Shown: positions 52,857 through 58,768 of the stretch, piece by piece | Position numbering within the stretch: the stretch's first letter is position 1 | Layout: each line of letters opens with the position of its first letter | IMG/VR virus record: IMGVR_UViG_3300023500_000003 | Coordinates: 1 to 58,768 of that record | DNA: 58,768 bases | Strand: one strand, 5' to 3' | Origin: a virus | Taxonomy: Duplodnaviria; Caudoviricetes | Notes under the pieces: generated by a model | Seen by the model: only the letters and a program-made list of their open reading frames with translations | What the model was told of the DNA's origin: nothing | Databases searched by the model: none | Made by a program: the position numbers and the translations under genes

Positions 52857-54200
52857 TTAATATTTAGTCATCTCGAATACATTACTTACGAAGGCGTTAT
52901 TCAGTATGCCAGTAAACTTGTACCTGGAAATACCATCAGACCAATACAGAGTTTGGTAATCACCACTGATGGTGAGACTGAGGCTTATATCGAGCCAAAC
53001 AGGTACAAAAGTAGAACCAAGACTCCCCGCCCTAGCCTGTGACTGAGTTCCTGATGATATATGAGATAGTGTAACACTATCTGACAGATTGATACTGCCA
53101 CCAACCCCATCGTTGTAGCGCCACTCAAAGTACCTGTTACCAGCAGGGGTAAAGCGGAACTCGTAATTATCAATCATTACTACGTTTACGCCAGAATCAG
53201 CAATCACGTATACGGAACTTCCTGCTGATGTACTGCCTGTTACTGACCACACTGCTGCTCCCGGTGTCGCATTGGTACAGGTGTATGATATTCCTGCGGA
53301 GGTGTCAATCCAGACGGAGCCAGCAGTATAACCTAGGCTGCTGTCATCTGTTATGGCAGGAGGTACTACGGATACCAAGTTATTAGCTATTGACGCGCTC
53401 GTTACGTTCTGGCTAGGGATTTCAGTTAATGACATGTAGGCGCCGTAGACGTCCACGTCGACCTCACTAAAAGCAGAAGATATTATCAGAGTGATAACAT
53501 CGCCAGCTGACAAACTTAGATGCGCTGTGGCAGAGCAAGCGTTAGGGTTATTTGCAATCGCTGAAGTCACTGCGATTACCGTGGATGCGATACCATTAAC
53601 ATGAAGGGTGGCTGTTTTGATATTGGACAGTGCACGGAAGGATGCTCCCAGAGATACCGTATAGTTGCCTGAACGAGCGACGGTCATGCTATTTGTTGCG
53701 GTTGCTACTATGATACCAACGGCGGTTCCTGGAGCGGTATCGAATTCAGCAGTATAAGGGAAAACTACGTTTGTGATTCCAGTAGAGTCCGACACTGATC
53801 CGAAGTGTAGTGCTTGTGCTACTGCTACCGGGCCTCCCGCTGAGATACTCCATACAGCAGCACCAACAGAATTATCCAAGCAGACGTAGCTAGTATCTGT
53901 GGCTGTATCTACCCACGTGGAGCCTACTTCATATAGAGAGGCGGCGTCGTCTGTGATTGCTGGGGCTACGGTAGCCACCATGTTTGATTTCACTGCGTCT
54001 GAGATGCGAACCCAGTGAGCGTCTGTACCCACTGCTGGAATAATTGAGATTCCATTATTGAGATATCCAGCACTTACTTCAAAACGGAACAGTGCGTCCA
54101 GCTCAGCGATGTGGGCTAATTCGTTTGGGCGGCCTACTAGGGCTGCGGCAACAATAGTTGTGATGTTTAGATTGCTTATTTGGTTCTGGTTGAGGCTCAT
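52857..54200 (-). CDS. virion fibre/decoration protein
   Basis: NQNQI..LVGRPNE N-terminal domain; two P.ITDD...Y..GS.W.DT...Y.C....GAAVW repeats; AGGAGG RBS. Confidence 0.75.
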   Translation of the reverse strand: MSLNQNQISNLNITTIVAAALVGRPNELAHIAELDALFRFEVSAGYLNNGISIIPAVGTDAHWVRISDAVKSNMVATVAPAITDDAASLYEVGSTWVDTATDTSYVCLDNSVGAAVWSISAGGPVAVAQALHFGSVSDSTGITNVVFPYTAEFDTAPGTAVGIIVATATNSMTVARSGNYTVSLGASFRALSNIKTATLHVNGIASTVIAVTSAIANNPNACSATAHLSLSAGDVITLIISSAFSEVDVDVYGAYMSLTEIPSQNVTSASIANNLVSVVPPAITDDSSLGYTAGSVWIDTSAGISYTCTNATPGAAVWSVTGSTSAGSSVYVIADSGVNVVMIDNYEFRFTPAGNRYFEWRYNDGVGGSINLSDSVTLSHISSGTQSQARAGSLGSTFVPVWLDISLSLTISGDYQTLYWSDGISRYKFTGILNNAFVSNVFEMTKY

Positions 54201-54257
54201 TTCATACCCTCCTGAAGGGATAGAAGAGGGGCTTTTCAACCCCTCTTCCTAGATAGT
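54201..54257 (-). promoter_or_regulatory. conserved intergenic hairpin + RBS (paralogue at 57131-57187)
   Basis: ACTATCTAGG-hairpin-TATCCCTT.AGGAGGGTATGAA in both; stem sequences differ but pairing is kept. Confidence 0.6.
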
Positions 54258-54258
54258 A

Positions 54259-57129
54259 TTACTTGGTATAGTACAGTACAGCATTAAAGCCGAATTGGAG
54301 GGCTTTACCTGACACAATAATGCTACAGCCATTAAAGACATTAGCAGAGCTGGTTAATATCTTGACATCAACGGAGTTTGCATTGGTACCCCCAGTGTAC
54401 AGGTACTCCCCCGTAGATGCAGTTTTACTTAACCTACCCAAGAAGGACGACTGAGGTAGTAGCTCCGAAATCATAGCTGTAAAGGTCGTGGTGGAAGTTA
54501 TTGCGAGGTTATTTTGGCTTTGGATAACCATCTCATAGATAGATTTTCCATCTATCCAAGTACGGTTGGTAACTCGCTCCGTAGTAGCCATAGCATACGA
54601 CTCAGTTATGATAGTGGTGGAAGACGGGATTTGTTGTACCATGAAAGAGACCCGAGTAGGGGTGTCAAGCTGAGTAGACGATACTAAGTTAACTACCGTT
54701 CCGGCGGTTAAAGACCCTACCCACTCTACAGCAGCAACGTCGCCCATAATATCTGCATATGTTACAGCTACCGTATTAGCCCCCTCAACGATAGAGTAGC
54801 TGACGCCTGGAAAGAGTGTCTGAACGCTGGCGGATAGTCTGTAAACACCGTCCTGTGCTATAGTGAACCCTTGTGCTGCTGCTAAGCCGAACGGGTCATT
54901 TACTGTAGTTGAAGCTGTGTTTAGCAGGCCTCCTGAGAATGTTGCCACAAACGTATTCGCGATAGCTTGTGCATGATGTAATGACACAGGGGTGCCGGCA
55001 GACTCTCCCAGACGTTTAAGTACCCAGAGGGTAGGAGCTACTTCGGTGATGTAAATGATTTGACCATCTATGCTTGCTACTTCAGTGCCATCAAGTACGC
55101 CATTAAGATATTCTCCTGTGGGAACCGCGAAAGTTATCACATTAGTGCTTACGTTGGTGCAGTTAAACTGATACCTACGTTGTGCATTAGAAGCAGTGGG
55201 CATAGTAATAATGAATGGCGAATTTAAGGAGGAGTCTAGGTTATAGATACCATCTTGCAACATGAAGGGAGATGTCTTAGTCCCCCGTTTCTGCATGCCT
55301 GACTCAATGGGCACCCATGTTGATTGGCCTAGATTATCCACACAAATGTATAAAATGCTAGAGCTTGCTACTAACCAGCGTGAACCTACAGAATAACCTT
55401 GCCCAATCCCGTCACTGGACGTTGGGGCTACAGTAGCAGTTAAGTTGTCTAATACACCTCCTCCTGAATCTATCCTGTTCCATACTGCAGCGTTGAGGGT
55501 GGACCTTACGCAGATGTATGAGATTTTTTGAACTACGTTAACCCAGAGTGACCCAGAGATATAGCCCGCTGAATTATCATCAGTATTTGTGGGGTCTACG
55601 ATAGCTGCTAAGTTGTTCTGTGCCCCTGGTGGGATGTCTATCTGGTTCCATGCTGCATCGTTGTTGGTGGATCTTGTGCAGATATAAGACGTCCTAGATG
55701 ACTTATTGACCCAAAGGGATCCTATTTCATAAAGGGAGCTACTGTCGTCAGTGGTAGAGGGGTATGCACTAGTATTGAAGTTATTCTTTGGTCCTGCGGA
55801 CGTACCGTCTATCTGATGCCACACTGATGCACCTGTGGCCGCGTTTACGCAGACATAAGAGACGCTCGCAGAGGTGTCAATCCAGACAGACCCTACAGCG
55901 TATCCAGCAGTATTGTCATCGGATACAGCAGGTGCTGCAGTAGCAATGTAGTTGTTCTGTGTTCCTGTGGCTGCTCCATCTACTTGTGACCACACTGCTG
56001 CGCCTGCTGTTGCATCCACACAGATGTATACTGAACCTGATGCGGTGTTAACCCACTCAGACCCTACAGCGTAACCAGACCCACTGTCATCTGTGACTGT
56101 TGGTGCTGTTGTGGCTGCTAGGTTATTTGTGATGGATGCGGTAGTAGTAGTCTGTGTGGCAATCTCGGTAACAGAGAATGTTGATCTAATACCAATCTCT
56201 CCTACAGTTCCGCTTATGGCGTCAACTCCGACTTCGCTGTTCGCTGTAGGTTTGAAGTAAGCAACCTGAGAAGGTAAGACTCCTACGGCGGTGTTGAGGT
56301 TGCCAGAGAACGGCTGCCAAGCAGAGCCAATCTGCGCGTTAGCGGTGAGGTCCACAAAGCGGAAGACGGTGTCGCCCGTAACAGGCGAGTTTCCCTGGAT
56401 GTTAGCCTCTAGTCTATACAACTTCCCTGCTTTTAGTCCTGTGATCTTTCCGCCAGTATTAGCGGCCCCAATGACAACCGATAGTTCTGTTCCTTGCTTA
56501 AAGGCCTCGGTATCGAAGTTATAATGTGTGTCGCCGAAGTTGTTAGTGGTTGTAGCTAGCGCGGCTTGAACTATAGAAATCTCACCAAAGGTGTTAGAAT
56601 CCTTAATAAGATTCCATACTGCAGCACCGACTGTAGAATCCACACAGATATATGCAGAGTCAGTTAATACATCAACCCACGTGGAACCTACTTCATATAG
56701 AGAGGCGGAATCGTCTGTGATTGCTGGGGCTACGGTAGCATTGTACTTAGACTGTGGTCCACCTGCTCCAGTGGTCGGAGACCATACAGAGGCACCAACA
56801 GAATTGTCCAAGCAGACGTAGCTAGTATCTGTGGCTGTATCTACCCAGACGGATCCTACTTCGTACAGAGAGGCAGAGTCATCTGTGATTGATGGGGCTA
56901 CGACCGCCTCCAGGTTTGATTTCACTGCGTCTGAGATACGAACCCAGTGAGCGTTGACGCCTAAGGCAGGAATAATTGAGATGCCATTGTCGATAGCTCC
57001 AGCATTTACCTCATACCGGTACAGCGCGTCCAGTTCGGCAATATGTGAGACCTCATTCGGTCGGCCTACTAAAGAGGCTGCTGTTACTGTTAGGATGTGG
57101 AAATTGTTTACTTGATTCTGGCTGATCAT
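54259..57129 (-). CDS. large virion fibre protein
   Basis: same N-terminal domain; seven TDD/GY.VGS.W-type repeats; beta-rich inserted domains. Confidence 0.78.
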   Translation of the reverse strand: MISQNQVNNFHILTVTAASLVGRPNEVSHIAELDALYRYEVNAGAIDNGISIIPALGVNAHWVRISDAVKSNLEAVVAPSITDDSASLYEVGSVWVDTATDTSYVCLDNSVGASVWSPTTGAGGPQSKYNATVAPAITDDSASLYEVGSTWVDVLTDSAYICVDSTVGAAVWNLIKDSNTFGEISIVQAALATTTNNFGDTHYNFDTEAFKQGTELSVVIGAANTGGKITGLKAGKLYRLEANIQGNSPVTGDTVFRFVDLTANAQIGSAWQPFSGNLNTAVGVLPSQVAYFKPTANSEVGVDAISGTVGEIGIRSTFSVTEIATQTTTTASITNNLAATTAPTVTDDSGSGYAVGSEWVNTASGSVYICVDATAGAAVWSQVDGAATGTQNNYIATAAPAVSDDNTAGYAVGSVWIDTSASVSYVCVNAATGASVWHQIDGTSAGPKNNFNTSAYPSTTDDSSSLYEIGSLWVNKSSRTSYICTRSTNNDAAWNQIDIPPGAQNNLAAIVDPTNTDDNSAGYISGSLWVNVVQKISYICVRSTLNAAVWNRIDSGGGVLDNLTATVAPTSSDGIGQGYSVGSRWLVASSSILYICVDNLGQSTWVPIESGMQKRGTKTSPFMLQDGIYNLDSSLNSPFIITMPTASNAQRRYQFNCTNVSTNVITFAVPTGEYLNGVLDGTEVASIDGQIIYITEVAPTLWVLKRLGESAGTPVSLHHAQAIANTFVATFSGGLLNTASTTVNDPFGLAAAQGFTIAQDGVYRLSASVQTLFPGVSYSIVEGANTVAVTYADIMGDVAAVEWVGSLTAGTVVNLVSSTQLDTPTRVSFMVQQIPSSTTIITESYAMATTERVTNRTWIDGKSIYEMVIQSQNNLAITSTTTFTAMISELLPQSSFLGRLSKTASTGEYLYTGGTNANSVDVKILTSSANVFNGCSIIVSGKALQFGFNAVLYYTK

Positions 57130-57130
57130 T

Positions 57131-57187
57131 TTCATACCCTCCTTAAGGGATAGGACAGGGCCGTAGTAGCCCTGCCCCTAGATAGTC
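57131..57187 (-). promoter_or_regulatory. conserved intergenic hairpin + RBS
   Basis: GGCAGGGC-TACTACG-GCCCTGTC stem within the same flanks as 54201-54257. Confidence 0.6.
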
Positions 57188-57192
57188 TTACT

Positions 57193-57804
57193 TTATCGTA
57201 CAGTGATGGTGTCGCCAAGATACGTGGCAACGGACAGAGAGAAAGTTACAGCGGAGATGTAGGTTACATCAGTGCCTTTCACTAACTCGATGCCATTCAG
57301 TAGTACCTGTACTTTTGACGCGTTGAATGCTGCTGCGTTTGCTCCCAATGCTGCTGTGGTGGTATGCGCGGCGGATGCAGCTACGGTAGCTGCTACTGCG
57401 ATGTTGTCATGTGAAGAAGCCAACGGGTTATCTGCACCTGAAATCAATACCCATACAGCGGATGCAGCAGTACTATCAGTGCATATATACACGTCACTGC
57501 TGGTAGTATCAACCCACTTCGATCCAACTGAGTAGCCTGCTGCTGCGTCGTCAGTTGCTACAGGAGGAACGGTTCCCGCATAGTTATCCTTCAACGAGAT
57601 GTTTCCTACTACCTTCCAGAAGGCGTTCGTGCCAAGTGCTGGAAAAGTAGTTACAGCGTCTGCTACTGCCAGTGCATCGATGGAGTAGTAGAAGTGGTTA
57701 TTCAAGGAAGCTACATATGCTACCTCGTTTGGGCGGCCTACTAGGGCTGCTGCAGCTACGTCTACTACACTGTGGTCTCTGATCTGATTCTGGTTAATTG
57801 CCAA
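57193..57804 (-). CDS. virion structural repeat protein
   Basis: TTG start with AAGGAG; NQNQI/GRPNE domain, one repeat, C-terminal LNG.E.VK..D domain shared with next gene. Confidence 0.75.
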   Translation of the reverse strand: MAINQNQIRDHSVVDVAAAALVGRPNEVAYVASLNNHFYYSIDALAVADAVTTFPALGTNAFWKVVGNISLKDNYAGTVPPVATDDAAAGYSVGSKWVDTTSSDVYICTDSTAASAVWVLISGADNPLASSHDNIAVAATVAASAAHTTTAALGANAAAFNASKVQVLLNGIELVKGTDVTYISAVTFSLSVATYLGDTITVR

Positions 57805-57820
57805 GATTCTTCTCCTTTAG

Positions 57821-58732
57821 TTACGGTTTGATCGTTACAGTGTCACCACTGTAAACTTCGGTGGACAGAGAGAAGGAAGTATTAGAAACCCAGAGGGCAT
57901 CTACACTTTTCACTTGCTCAAATCCGTTCAGCTGTACTACGACAGTACTCGTGTTGAACGTTGGTGCGTCTACTCCCAATGGTACCGATGGCGCTGTGAT
58001 AGCGGTTCCTACAGGCGTGGTAGCTAGGATGTTGATAATGTCAAAACTTGAGGACTGTACTGCTCCTCCTCCCTGCTTCCAGATAGCGGCGCCTGTTGTG
58101 GCGTCCACACAGGTAAACAGTTTATCAGTAGTTGTGTTGATCCATACATCTCCTACAGCATAGCCATTGGCTGCGTCTGTAGTGGCCGTAGGATCAGCTG
58201 TAGCTGACTTTGTACGAACTGATATCGGTAACCACACAGCAGCGCCTGCGGTGACAACACTTGCTAGGAATGTTCTTCCTGTTAAAGTATTATACCAGTT
58301 TGAGCCAACCGCGTATCCTGCTGTTACGTCGTCAGTTACTGTTGGGTTAGCAACGGCGTTCAAGGTATCTGTTCCTGCTGGCGCGCCAGTGGCTACCCAT
58401 ACAGCAGCCCCGGTTGAAGGAGACTGACAGACGAAGACGGTAGAAGTTGCTGTGTTGATCCACCTGGATCCTGCTGCATATCCTGAGGCAGCGTCGTCTG
58501 TTGCAGTAGGGTCGGTAGTAGCGACGAAGTTCTCAGTAATCGCTGTTACACCGGTGCCACCATCCTGGATTACAGTCAATCCTAGCTCAAGGATGATTGT
58601 GCGCATTGCAAAGTAACCATCGTCTGGAATAGTAGTCGAGCCACCGCCAGGCGATAGAGTTAGTGTTGTGCCTCCGTATGCAGCGGGCAGGTCAAACTGC
58701 ACATGTGCAGTTGTGTTATTCGTTAAGATCAT
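57821..58732 (-). CDS. virion structural repeat protein
   Basis: three PT.TDD..GYA.GS.W.NT repeats; C-terminal LNGFEQVK..FSLS..YSGDTVT. Confidence 0.75.
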   Translation of the reverse strand: MILTNNTTAHVQFDLPAAYGGTTLTLSPGGGSTTIPDDGYFAMRTIILELGLTVIQDGGTGVTAITENFVATTDPTATDDAASGYAAGSRWINTATSTVFVCQSPSTGAAVWVATGAPAGTDTLNAVANPTVTDDVTAGYAVGSNWYNTLTGRTFLASVVTAGAAVWLPISVRTKSATADPTATTDAANGYAVGDVWINTTTDKLFTCVDATTGAAIWKQGGGAVQSSSFDIINILATTPVGTAITAPSVPLGVDAPTFNTSTVVVQLNGFEQVKSVDALWVSNTSFSLSTEVYSGDTVTIKP

Positions 58733-58768
58733 CTTTGATCCTCCTTTTATAGAAAATAGGGTTAGTGG

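Noticed and set aside
52857-57129. Diversity-generating retroelement in fibre repeats
   Set aside because: No reverse transcriptase in the window; all copies are coding and differences are not adenine-specific
1-58768. tRNA, rRNA, integrase or transposase genes
   Set aside because: None recognised by eye; tRNAscan-SE and Infernal on the non-coding gaps (284-520, 16891-17128, 41048-41280, 42184-42330) would be needed to exclude RNA genes

Overview
This is a 58.8 kb piece of a large, probably lytic, tailed dsDNA phage of a Gram-negative host (it encodes spanin-like proteins and an outer-membrane secretin). The + strand (1-42.7 kb) carries terminase, a Dda helicase, three DNA methyltransferase loci, DUF932 and many small accessory ORFs. 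It also has a full replication/recombination module: 5'-3' exonuclease, DnaB, SNF2 helicase, primase, beta clamp, UDG-PolA fusion, DnaX-like loader, HU, UvsY, gp32-like SSB, RecA, resolvase and SbcCD. A sigma-like gene and a stand-alone RNA polymerase beta' subunit are also here. The - strand (42.8-58.7 kb) is a late region: repeat-rich fibre/decoration proteins, a collagen-like protein, a full-length GspD-type secretin plus a small lipoprotein, a lysis cassette and two tandem thermonucleases. Most notable: (1) a secretin embedded between fibre and lysis genes; (2) a solo, divergent beta' (AADADGD) together with a sigma-like gene and three families of intergenic promoter-like motifs; (3) a dual-frame C5 methyltransferase with two nested HNH genes, each flanked by a recoded duplication; (4) relic genes, including an internally deleted queD and two reciprocally eroded paralogous blocks. 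All calls come from motif recognition by eye; no database searches were run.
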